32,000 bases of DNA, from contig NZ_AP019769.1 of the NCBI RefSeq assembly GCF_023169545.1, forward strand, positions 270,001 to 302,000, read 5' to 3'. Positions 17,523-27,168 of this stretch are shown here, in pieces (positions within the stretch are counted from its first letter, which is position 1; each line of letters begins with the position of its first letter). The notes under the pieces were generated by a model, which did no database searches, was not told the origin of the DNA, and saw only the letters and a program-made list of their open reading frames with translations. Source of the stretch: Nanobdella aerobiophila (GTDB lineage: Archaea > Nanobdellota > Nanobdellia > Nanobdellales > Nanobdellaceae). The position numbers and the translations under genes are program-made.

Positions 17523-19161
17523 AATTTATATATTTTATTAATTTTGATAAGTTTATTTCAAAACCTGATAATGGATACTTTATATCTATATTATCCAATA
17601 CTTCAGGATTTATATCACCTATCCATCCAATTATTTCATTATTTACAAGAATATTTCCTTGTCTACCTTCTATCAGGAATTTATAATTAGAAATATTCAT
17701 ATCGAATTTTATATTTAATTCATTAAATAATCTTTCTAAAACACTTTTGGAATCATTTATAGATACTTTATAATTAGAATATATATATAATAATGAATCT
17801 TCTTGATATAATCTATCCTTTAAATATGCTATCTTTCCAACTTCAAATATTTTTGCAGGAAATTTTATCTCTTTTGATTCTTGTAATAATTGTAAAAAGG
17901 ATGTTAATAATGATAATCTAATTGAATTATAATTATTAGATACGGGATTAATTATTTCTAATATATCTTTATCTTCTTTTAAAATATTGTTTATATCATA
18001 TGAAGATAATATGGGAGTATAAATTTCTATACAATTCATACTAACCATTAATTTTCTTATTAAATTTTGGAATTTTCTATTCTTATTTAATTCTCCTTTA
18101 GTATATATACTTAATTTTTTTGGTTTTAAATTATTATATCCATAAGAAATTAATATTTCTTCTATAATATCATATTCTGATAATAAATCGTCTCTATAAT
18201 TTAGATATCTTATCTTTAATCTATCATTATTTATAGAAGACTCAATTCTTTTCTTTAATAAATAATTTATAATCTCTTCGTCTTTTAAATCTAAACCTAA
18301 ATGTTTTTTTATTTTATTATAATCAAATTCTTTTTCTATTATTTTTATCTGTGGACTTATTATTTCTTTATTATCATATTTTATTTTTACAGAATATATT
18401 TCTCCTCCCCATTCATATAATGTTAATAATATTATATTTAATGCTATAATCATTTTTTCTAAATCAGTACCTGATATATCTATAAATATATTTCTTGTAT
18501 TGTTATCTAATTTACCTATCTTATTTGAATTAATAATTGGAGGCATTGATATAATATTATTATTGTTATCGATTAATATGGGATATTTATTATTTATTAT
18601 ATATCCATATTTTTTACCTACTTCTGTATTATTAATAATTTCTTTTAGTGATAATTCCTTATCATATCCTAATGGTATGAATTTTATATTTTCATCTGCT
18701 AATTTGTAATAAATAGGAAAATTAATTAAATCAAAATTGTGGGTTCCAATTGCAATTTTTTGTCTATTTCTTCCATAAGATTGTGATATTTTTTCTTGTA
18801 ATTGTATTAAATCTTTCAATCTATCATCATTTAAATTTACATTTTTTACTATAGCAGCTACTATATATGGTCTTATATCTTTTAGGTCTCTATCTACTAT
18901 AATTTGATAATCAGAATCATTTATTTTTATATTAGGTATGCCTTTTTCTATATCTAATATACCCTTTAATTCTCTAGCTATACCTGTATATGTATATAAA
19001 TCAGGTCTATTAAAATCTTTTATTTCTATCTTAGCATAATCATTATTTATATCATCTAATTCACATTTTATATTTAATAAATATTGTTCCAAATCTTCTT
19101 TAGACAAAAAGAGATTTAAGGATTTATATAGTTCTTTTAGCGATATATCTATTGTAGCCAT
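17512..19161 (-). CDS. pheT: phenylalanyl-tRNA synthetase beta subunit
   Basis: DINRPDLYTYTGIARELKGIL-type N-terminus (DFNRPDLYTYTGIAREL), B5-like ILISYGYNNLKP, AKIFEVGKIAYL, IGWIGDINPEVLDNIDIKYPLSGFEINL. Confidence 0.93.
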   Translation of the reverse strand: MATIDISLKELYKSLNLFLSKEDLEQYLLNIKCELDDINNDYAKIEIKDFNRPDLYTYTGIARELKGILDIEKGIPNIKINDSDYQIIVDRDLKDIRPYIVAAIVKNVNLNDDRLKDLIQLQEKISQSYGRNRQKIAIGTHNFDLINFPIYYKLADENIKFIPLGYDKELSLKEIINNTEVGKKYGYIINNKYPILIDNNNNIISMPPIINSNKIGKLDNNTRNIFIDISGTDLEKMIIALNIILLTLYEWGGEIYSVKIKYDNKEIISPQIKIIEKEFDYNKIKKHLGLDLKDEEIINYLLKKRIESSINNDRLKIRYLNYRDDLLSEYDIIEEILISYGYNNLKPKKLSIYTKGELNKNRKFQNLIRKLMVSMNCIEIYTPILSSYDINNILKEDKDILEIINPVSNNYNSIRLSLLTSFLQLLQESKEIKFPAKIFEVGKIAYLKDRLYQEDSLLYIYSNYKVSINDSKSVLERLFNELNIKFDMNISNYKFLIEGRQGNILVNNEIIGWIGDINPEVLDNIDIKYPLSGFEINLSKLIKYINYDI

Positions 19162-19421
19162 TAAACTTCTATACCTAATTTCTTTAAAATTTCTTGTTCT
19201 TTATTTTTATTTCTTATATCCTTCTTAGAAATGCCTCTATATCTAGCACATGCAGGACAGATATATATCTTCATCGGGCTAGAAATAATCATACTTGGAG
19301 CCTGATCTCCAGTAATATCTGGTTTTAATCTAGCAGATATAGATAATTTTATTGCCTTATCCATCCTCGTCATTTTTCCACAATAATAACAAGAAGTATA
19401 CTGATATTTTTTATCTTTCAT
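19161..19421 (-). CDS. small double-CxxC protein, probable ribosomal protein eS26
   Basis: SCYYCGKMTRMDKAIKL ... KIYICPACARYRGISKKDI follows the eS26 layout (CxxC, DKAI, K.YxCxxCA.xxGI). Confidence 0.55.
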   Translation of the reverse strand: MKDKKYQYTSCYYCGKMTRMDKAIKLSISARLKPDITGDQAPSMIISSPMKIYICPACARYRGISKKDIRNKNKEQEILKKLGIEV

Positions 19422-19787
19422 GCTCTTATCATTTTATAATTATATATTATCTTAGCCATAGCTTTATATTATATAAGTAATATTTTTTAATTTTATACCG
19501 TAAAATCTCGGTTTATTTTATAAATCTTTTAAAATATTGTTATATTTTATAATGAAACTTTAAGGTAATTAAAAATCAAAAAGATATAAATTTTAAATGA
19601 TTTAGAATTAATGGTTGTAAAATATTATTAATGTCATTTATTTTAGATTCTATCAAACATTAATGAGCTAATAAGTATTATCTTCAATATTATATAATAA
19701 AAAATTCTATATATAGAAAATAAGATAATATAAAAAAGAATAGTCCGAATTTTGTTTATAATTTTAAAAATAGAATGAGAAAAGTTA

Positions 19788-20669
19788 TTATAATTTTCCT
19801 TCTAATACTGGTTTTATAATTTTTGTATAGAATAAATCAACTTTTTCTCCTATCTCTATTACATTTTTTCTTGTTTCTTCTCCTTTTATTATCTCTAATT
19901 TTTCTAATATATTTATATATGGTTTAAAAGTAGATTCAAGATCGATATTGAGAGGACGGTTTTTTGGAATATAATATATATTATTAAGTATTATATATTC
20001 TAATAATTTATAAAAATCATTAATGTTAACATGCCTCTTGGCAATCTCTTTTATTCTATAGGCAGACAAAGATCCTGTCTCTATTTCTCTATATACTTCT
20101 TTTGCTTTTTCCAAGTCTATAATATATATCTTATATTCATTTACATAATCATAATAATTTATAAATCCCTTTTCCTTTAATAGTTTTAAAATTTCATCTA
20201 TAGTATTTTTTGAGATATTGTATTCTTTTTTTAATTTATTTGGAATCTCTTCCCGAGTAAGTTTAATATTTTTATTTTCATATAAAAATTTTACTACTAT
20301 CATAATATGATAGAAGGTATTTTTATCTAATATTTTATCATCATACATATAAAGTTCAAATAAATTATAGAGGAAGTTACTTATTATATTTTGATACTTA
20401 TTTATATCTTCTTTAATATAGTATTTACCTTCTTCTTCCGAAACTAAACCAAATTTTTCTAGTCTTGATATATATGATCTATAAACTATTTTATCCAATG
20501 CTGCTAGTTTTAGATCATCATTTTGTAGTTTTTTAATGTATTCTTGAGTTGCTTTTTGCATTGTTTCTAATGTATGCGCTCCTGCCTCCAGAGAGAAGAC
20601 CAGATTTACAAAAAAATGATCCCTAGCAATCTGTAAGATCTTATCTAGAGTTTCAGAATAGGGACGCAT
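19788..20669 (-). CDS. hypothetical protein with winged-helix-like segments
   Basis: Complete 293-aa ORF; KLTREEIPNKLKKEYNISKNTIDEILKLLKEKGFINYY is winged-helix-like. Confidence 0.7.
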   Translation of the reverse strand: MRPYSETLDKILQIARDHFFVNLVFSLEAGAHTLETMQKATQEYIKKLQNDDLKLAALDKIVYRSYISRLEKFGLVSEEEGKYYIKEDINKYQNIISNFLYNLFELYMYDDKILDKNTFYHIMIVVKFLYENKNIKLTREEIPNKLKKEYNISKNTIDEILKLLKEKGFINYYDYVNEYKIYIIDLEKAKEVYREIETGSLSAYRIKEIAKRHVNINDFYKLLEYIILNNIYYIPKNRPLNIDLESTFKPYINILEKLEIIKGEETRKNVIEIGEKVDLFYTKIIKPVLEGKL

Positions 20670-21067
20670 TATTTTTCTTTTTATAGTAAATTTTTAATTT
20701 TATAGAGTATGTGTGAAGATCCGTTCTATAACAAGGATAGTTCAATTACTATATATAGAATTTAGTTCATGTATGAACAAAAAATTTTTAGACAGTTTTT
20801 TATATATTCTATTCTTATATATTTTTAATAATAAATTTAAGATATATATAATATCTTTTTAATTTGTTATAATATTATTACCTTTTTTAGATTTTATTAA
20901 TAAAGATAAAACCCTGATCAATAGTTCCAAATATATCCGTATTCATAATAGATTTTCAAAATCTAGATAATATTTAATTAAATTATGTATAATTATATAT
21001 AAGATCATATTTATAATTACTACTATTATATAAATAATTTAAAAAAATATACTAGATATAAAGATTA

Positions 21068-21991
21068 ATGAATGATAAAGAGGATGATAGAGTATATATA
21101 TCAAAAGCATATGCTATAGTTAGAGATTCATTTACTAAAGCAGGTTTAGATCTATTATTGGATAGAGCAGATAGTATTTTTGATGGTTTAGAGTTATTAG
21201 ATTCAAATAAAATGATTATTGATGGGTTATCAAATATATTGGAAGGAAAAGAAGATGGTGGAGAATTATTGGTAGAAGGCTTGAGTCTTTCTGAAATAGG
21301 CAACGTGTCCTATTATCTTGTAAAAAGTTATGAAAAATTAAATAGAAAATTTGATAAGAATGCTTTTTTAACTTTATATGAAGGTTTTTCTTTTTTTCTA
21401 TCATATATATCTTCTTATATAGTTCCTAATGAAGAATTATCTTTTGAAAAATTAGTTGACATGACACTTTTTACAAGTTATAGTTCAGAAACGCTATCAT
21501 CATATTTATTAAGTAGATATATATTGAATGAAAGATATAAATCAAAACTATTAGAAAAGGATATATTGGATGCTCGTATAAATAGTACAAAAATAACTTG
21601 GATATTCAAGAGATTCGCGACAACATATTATAAATCGAATGATGATATAAAGGATATAAGACAGATTTTTAATGCCTTAAGTGATATGTCTATACTTAAC
21701 ATACCTATACTTCTTATAAGTTCATTTTTTGAAAAGAACAATGTAAAGATTTCAGAAGACTTTCCATATTTTGCAAATTATTTAGCAGGAATCTCTTTAG
21801 GATATATAAAAGATGGAGAGAAATATATTTCAGATTTAATTAATTTATATAAAGAATTTAATAAAGATGATATTGAAATGAATTATATAAGATATGCAAA
21901 AATATTATACGAAATTTTTGAAAATCCTGAAATAAAAGGAAATAAATATATAAGAAATTTGATGAGCCGCGGAGGGGACTCGAACCCCTGA
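21068..21991 (+). CDS. hypothetical alpha-rich protein
   Basis: Complete 307-aa ORF of non-repetitive composition; its last 27 nt lie inside the antisense tRNA-Cys gene. Confidence 0.7.
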   Translation: MNDKEDDRVYISKAYAIVRDSFTKAGLDLLLDRADSIFDGLELLDSNKMIIDGLSNILEGKEDGGELLVEGLSLSEIGNVSYYLVKSYEKLNRKFDKNAFLTLYEGFSFFLSYISSYIVPNEELSFEKLVDMTLFTSYSSETLSSYLLSRYILNERYKSKLLEKDILDARINSTKITWIFKRFATTYYKSNDDIKDIRQIFNALSDMSILNIPILLISSFFEKNNVKISEDFPYFANYLAGISLGYIKDGEKYISDLINLYKEFNKDDIEMNYIRYAKILYEIFENPEIKGNKYIRNLMSRGGDSNP

Positions 21992-22039
21992 TAAAGAGGG
22001 TCTGCAGCCCTCCCCCTTGGGCCGCTCGGGCACCGCGGC
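21965..22039 (-). tRNA. tRNA-Cys (GCA)
   Basis: GCCGCGG/CCGCGGC acceptor, D-stem CCC/GGG, GAGGG CTGCAGA CCCTC anticodon arm, AGGGG TTCGAGT CCCCT T-arm; 75 nt. Confidence 0.92.
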
Positions 22040-22109
22040 ATATTAAAAAAATTAAATATAAACTTTAAAAAAGGATAAATTTATTAATATATAATGGTAT
22101 ATCGGTCAA

Positions 22110-23681
22110 ATGGGGTTTCCAATTGATTTAAATTTTTTAAGAGAAAATAAAGAATTATATAGGGAAGTATTTAGAAAAAGAGGCTTAGATGAAAGCAAAG
22201 TAGATATAGCAATAGAATTAGATAATAAAAGGAAAGAATTGCAAAGGGATGTCGATAAATTAAAAAATAAGAAAAATATATTATCAAAGTTGTATGGTTT
22301 TGCATTAAGATATTTAAATAATAATATATCAAAAGAAGATTTTATTAAAAACGCAATAAATTTAGGATATGATATACACGAAGGAAATATAGATAGAGAA
22401 TTTTTAAACAAATTGCAAGAAGATATAAAAAATATAGATGTAGATATAAGTAAATTAGAAGAAACCTATAAAAATACAGAAGATAATTTAATAGATTTAT
22501 TATGGTCCTTTCCAAATATATTATCTTCAGAAGTACCTATAGGTGATGAGTCTTTAAATACTCCAATAAGATTTTGGGGAGTTCCTAGAGTATATGATAT
22601 AGATTTATTTAAAGAACAAACTGAAAAATTTGGATGGAAGATAATTGAATTAAATGAATTAGCAGAAAGATATATTAAAAATAAAGAATTATTAAATGAA
22701 ATAAATAAAATATTAGAAGATAAGGAAGATTTTAAAGAAATTAGTTTTAATGATATAATAGATTTTGAAAAATTAAATCAAGATAAAATAGTAGTATATA
22801 AAAAAATAGATCATGAATTAAAACATCAATATGATATATTAAGAGATTTTAATTTAGCAGATACTGATATTGCAGGTGAAGTTGCAGGATCAAGATTTTA
22901 CTATGAGTTTAATATATTATCATTATTAGATTTAGCATTAAGCATGGAAGGAATAAAATATATGATAAATAAAGGATATAAATTTACTATACCGCCATAC
23001 ATGTTAAAAAGAGATGTATTAGATGGTATTATTACTTTGGATGATTTTGCAGATATGATGTATAAAATTGATGGAGAAGATTTATATTTAATAGGTACAG
23101 CAGAGCATCCTATAACTGCATTATATTATAATACAATAATTGAAGAAAAAGATTTACCGATAAAAATTATAGGTTGGAGTCCATGTTTTAGAAAAGAAGC
23201 AGGTTCACATGGAAAAGATACAAAAGGATTATTTAGATTACATCAATTTCATAAAGTAGAACAATATATATTTTGTAAACCAGAAGATTCAGAAAAATAT
23301 CATCAAGAATTAATAAATAATTCTGAAGAATTCTTTGAAAAATTAAATATACCATATAGAAGAATTATTATAGCTTCTAAAGATATGGGAAAAAGAAATT
23401 ATAAACAATATGATATAGAAGGATGGTTCCCTGGACAGCAAAAATATAGAGAACTAGTATCCGGATCTAATGTTACAGATTGGCAATCTAGAAGATCCAA
23501 TATAAGATATCGAAAAAAAGATAATGATCTAGATTATGTACATACATTAAATTGTACATTGACTGCATTACAAAGAACAATAACATGCATATTAGAAAAT
23601 AATTATGATTATAAGAATAATAGAATATTAATACCAAAATTACTACAAAGCTATGTAGAAAAAGAATTTATAACTAAATAA
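22110..23681 (+). CDS. serS: seryl-tRNA synthetase
   Basis: MGFPIDLNFLRENKELYREVFRKRG, EIAGE-like DTDIAGEVAGSRFYY, LIGTAEHPITALY, CFRKEAGSHGKDTKGLFRLHQFHKVEQYIF, VSGSNVTDWQSRRSNIRYR, HTLNCTLTALQRTITCILEN. Confidence 0.96.
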   Translation: MGFPIDLNFLRENKELYREVFRKRGLDESKVDIAIELDNKRKELQRDVDKLKNKKNILSKLYGFALRYLNNNISKEDFIKNAINLGYDIHEGNIDREFLNKLQEDIKNIDVDISKLEETYKNTEDNLIDLLWSFPNILSSEVPIGDESLNTPIRFWGVPRVYDIDLFKEQTEKFGWKIIELNELAERYIKNKELLNEINKILEDKEDFKEISFNDIIDFEKLNQDKIVVYKKIDHELKHQYDILRDFNLADTDIAGEVAGSRFYYEFNILSLLDLALSMEGIKYMINKGYKFTIPPYMLKRDVLDGIITLDDFADMMYKIDGEDLYLIGTAEHPITALYYNTIIEEKDLPIKIIGWSPCFRKEAGSHGKDTKGLFRLHQFHKVEQYIFCKPEDSEKYHQELINNSEEFFEKLNIPYRRIIIASKDMGKRNYKQYDIEGWFPGQQKYRELVSGSNVTDWQSRRSNIRYRKKDNDLDYVHTLNCTLTALQRTITCILENNYDYKNNRILIPKLLQSYVEKEFITK

Positions 23682-23797
23682 AAACTTTTCTTATAATTAT
23701 TTTTAGAACATAAAATTTTAATAAATCTTCCAAATTTTTTATAAAGTTATTAACGAAGGAGGATCTTAATACCTTATAAATATATTATGATAGTTTA

Positions 23798-24076
23798 TTA
23801 CCTTGGGAATATTATAGGAATAATGGAAATATAAAGATAATGATAAAATATTTTATCTACACAATACAAGCTTAATAAAAAATATGAAAGCGTTTGGGTT
23901 ATATTTGTTGTTAAATTTGTTACATTAGTTACCGTTGGTGGTGTTGCTTTAGTTACATTTGTAGTTGTAACTGTTGATATATTAGTGGTGTTTGTTGATG
24001 AATATTGAACAGAAAATGCATATGCTCCTGGTATGAATGGTAGTAACCTATTTAATATATTTCTATTAATATTCAT
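23798..24076 (-). CDS. possible small secreted Thr-rich protein
   Basis: MNINRNILNRLLPFIPGAYAFSVQYSSTNTTNISTVTTTNVTKATPPTVTNVTN; short hydrophobic segment after basic N-terminus; upstream minus-strand TATA-like GTATAAATAA about 25 nt before the ATG. Confidence 0.35.
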   Translation of the reverse strand: MNINRNILNRLLPFIPGAYAFSVQYSSTNTTNISTVTTTNVTKATPPTVTNVTNLTTNITQTLSYFLLSLYCVDKIFYHYLYISIIPIIFPR

Positions 24077-24149
24077 AAAAAATATTAAAAAAAATTATTT
24101 ATACATTTTTCCCCTATGACCTATATTAATTATATTTATTACCTTATTT

Positions 24150-24398
24150 TTAATAATCAATATCTAGTATAATTCTAAAGTCTCCTATTCTTAACCTACA
24201 TAATTCTAATTCAAAACTTTTTAGTTTTAGTTTCTTTATATCAAATATTTTATATAAGTTTCTTTCTCCTTTATTTAAATATTCCAATATTTCTTTTAAT
24301 TTTTCATTTAATCTTCCCTTTATTTGTTTATTATTAGAATCATTTAAAAATTTATTTACATCTTCTTTAAAATATATTCTCCATTTATTATAATTCAT
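24150..24398 (-). CDS. RelE/ParE-family toxin-like protein
   Basis: 82 aa; KWRIYFKEDVNKFL ... LKEILEYLNKGE ... LKLKSFELELCRLRIGDFRIILDIDY matches the RelE terminal R.R.GdyRviy pattern. Confidence 0.65.
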   Translation of the reverse strand: MNYNKWRIYFKEDVNKFLNDSNNKQIKGRLNEKLKEILEYLNKGERNLYKIFDIKKLKLKSFELELCRLRIGDFRIILDIDY

Positions 24399-25026
24399 AT
24401 TCTACAAATTTCATATTCTTTAAATCCTCCTTTTTTAATATTTCTTCTATTTCCCTTTCTTCCTTATCAGATACATAATCAATTAAATCATCATATAGAT
24501 ACCATAAAGATAAATCTGTTTCATTTAATAGATCTTTAATATATTGATCATATTTTAATACTCTTTCTTTATTTTTCTTATATAACAAATACAATATCAT
24601 AATTTCTAATTGTTTATCTATTAATATCTTTTGTAATTCTGGTTTTTCAAAGAATTTTTTAATATATTCTTGTAATCCAAATTTTTCTAAATAATCATAC
24701 TTTAATAGATCTATATCAAATATTATTTTTAGCATATCTCTTTCCAATTTATCTTGAATATTTGGTAATATTTTATCATATTTATTTTCTATCATTTTTC
24801 TATCTATATTTAAAATAGTAATTTTTGTTTTTAATATTATTGTAAGAAAGATAATTAAGAAAAAATATAAATTATTTTTTATAGCATCTATTAGATTTTC
24901 TTTTTTTAACAAATTTTCTAAAAACTGATCTAATATATCTTTATTTTCTATTTCTGATAAAATATCCACTAATATAAAACTAAAAGAACTAGGAAGATTG
25001 TCTTTTACTATTACAGTTTCTGTCAT
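24388..25026 (-). CDS. hypothetical protein upstream of and overlapping the RelE-like gene; candidate unusual antitoxin with a possible TM segment
   Basis: 11-nt overlap with the downstream toxin-like ORF; hydrophobic NNLYFFLIIFLTIILKTKITIL; acidic C-terminus DKEEREIEEILKKEDLKNMKFVEYEL resembles antitoxin tails. Confidence 0.5.
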   Translation of the reverse strand: MTETVIVKDNLPSSFSFILVDILSEIENKDILDQFLENLLKKENLIDAIKNNLYFFLIIFLTIILKTKITILNIDRKMIENKYDKILPNIQDKLERDMLKIIFDIDLLKYDYLEKFGLQEYIKKFFEKPELQKILIDKQLEIMILYLLYKKNKERVLKYDQYIKDLLNETDLSLWYLYDDLIDYVSDKEEREIEEILKKEDLKNMKFVEYEL

Positions 25027-25474
25027 TATTATATATATTTTTATAAATCAATATAAATTTTGATTTAATTTATTAATTTATTTTATTAAATATTAAAAAT
25101 ATATGAATATTATTATTATACGGGATAATAGTTATATATACTATTTGAAATAGTTAATAAGTTGTTACGATTATATATTCATTAGAAGTTAATTAATCAT
25201 GCTGGAAAAATATAGTAGAAATACTGGTTAATGAATTTATATAATCCATAATTATATATTAGAATAATTTATACTTGTGTACTGATATAAATTGTAGCGC
25301 TATTAGGATGGGATAGAATTGCATATTTATATAATATCATTTTTCTGAAAATATCATTATACGGTCTTTTATTCTTATAGTTTCTACAATAGTATTTAGA
25401 TATTTATAAATGGTCTTGTAACTCCACTAAGAGGAGAATTCTCTTGTAATATATAAAAGAATATTTTTACCATT

Positions 25475-26290
25475 TTAATAAAAATAATATACTCCTAAAT
25501 ACCATTCTTTTCCTTTATCAATTCTTTTTACTTTATATCCATTTCTTAAGAATTTAGATATAATTAATTGAGGAGAACCATGTATTTCAATTACATATTC
25601 TTTTGAATATTTTAATACATTATCTGGTAAACATAATAAAGAATACTCACATCCCTCACAATCTATTTTTGTTACAAATTATCCTTCTTTATTATATATT
25701 TCTTCAAATACATCTTTTATTGATATTGTTTCTATTTTTTCATTACCAATTTCCAATCCTGTTGATCCATAACTTAAATTAATATAATTTTCTCCTTTAT
25801 TACAATCTATTCCTTTATTTATTGGTATAATTTTATCTTTTAAATTATTTAATTCTATATTTTTTATCAATATATTATATGTTTCCTTTACTGCTTCATA
25901 TGTATATACTTTCTTTGCTCCTCTTCTAATAAAATATATTGCGCTATCTCCCACATATGCTCCTATATCTAATACTACTTTATCTTGAACATTTAAGATA
26001 TCATAATCAAATAGCTGTTTAATTAATAGTATCACAAGTCTATTTTTAATATAAAATTTTCCCAAGTTTTTTATATTAACTATATATTCGTCTGGAGAAA
26101 TTATTTTTTCAATATCTTTGAATGAGATATATTCTTTCATAAAATAATAAAAGGTTCCTTTATATAGATTTATATTTTTCACTTTAATATAATCCCTCTT
26201 AAGTATAGCTACATTTAAAAAAAGCTTCAATCCTAATATGGGATGTCTTAGCGAATATTTTACGAAATCAATATAATCTTCAATCATCAT
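25475..26290 (-). pseudogene. FkbM-family methyltransferase interrupted by one in-frame TAA (25679-25681)
   Basis: ORF 25679-26290 has VLDIGAYVGDSAIYFIRRGAKKVYTYEAVKETY. The same frame after TAA reads FVTKIDCEGCEYSLLCLPDNVLKYSKEYVIEIHGSPQLIISKFLRNGYKVKRIDKGKEWYLGVYYFY*, the expected FkbM C-terminus. Confidence 0.8.
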
Positions 26291-26400
26291 AAGAAAAAAT
26301 AATAAAAAAATTTTTAACTATTTTTATTAATACAACAATAAGTAACTTAAAAAATATTATTTAATTCTTCCAATAAAATATCCAATACCTTACAATATCA

Positions 26401-27168
26401 TTAAATATAACTTTTAATTATTAATTTAGGATATTTCCAATTAGCTTTTCTAAAACTCTGTCTCTTTTTTATTAAATTTAAATATTCATTAACCTTTTCT
26501 TTATATCTTTTATCTTTTTCTAATTCTTTAAATTCATTTAAAAACTCTTTTGTATTTGTTCCATATTTATAATTTTTTACTCCGATAATAGAATCTATTT
26601 CTTTATGATATAATGCATCATAAATTATCCCAACATTTTTTGATATCTTTAATATTTCATAAAACAATATAGCATCATCCAAAGCTCATACATTTTTCAT
26701 TACTTTTATTGGGATATTATTATATGCTTTTTCCAATATTTCTCTTTTAAATACTCTTGGGCAACTGCAATTTTACATGGATCTTTATAGCCATTAAATA
26801 ATATATGCAATAACTTTCTATCAGAATCAAATAATTTTTCAGTAAATGTTTTTGGATTATAACTTTTTTCTTCTAATATTAAATAATCATGTTTTTTATA
26901 TTATCTAAAATATCATCAAATAAATTATCTCTTATTATTATTTGATCTGAATCTAAAAATAAAATTATATCTCTAGAACTATTTTTAAATCGAATATATC
27001 TTGCATAAAATGGTTTTCCATTATCTTGTATAATTTTTGCATTACATTCTTTTGCAATTTCTATTGTTTTATCTTTGGAATATCCATCTACGATTATTAT
27101 TTCATAATTATTATATCTTCAGAATTTAATGTTGGTATAATAACTGATATTAAAGGGCCATTATTCAT
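26401..27168 (-). pseudogene. GT2-family glycosyltransferase remnant with internal deletion, frameshifts and an in-frame TGA
   Basis: Hand translation gives MNNGPLISVIIPTLNSE / NYEIIIVDGYSKDKTIEIAKECNAKIIQDNGKPFYARYIRFKNSSRDIILFLDSDQIII / TFTEKIIDSDRKLLHILFNGYKDPCKIAVA / VFKREILEKAYNNIPIKVMKNV*ALDDAILFYEIL, in order but in different frames. Confidence 0.85.

Noticed and set aside
17134-18709. Plus-strand ORFs 17134-17541 and 18500-18709
   Set aside because: Antisense to pheS and pheT.
22106-22411. Minus-strand 101-aa ORF
   Set aside because: Antisense to the N-terminal coiled coil of seryl-tRNA synthetase.
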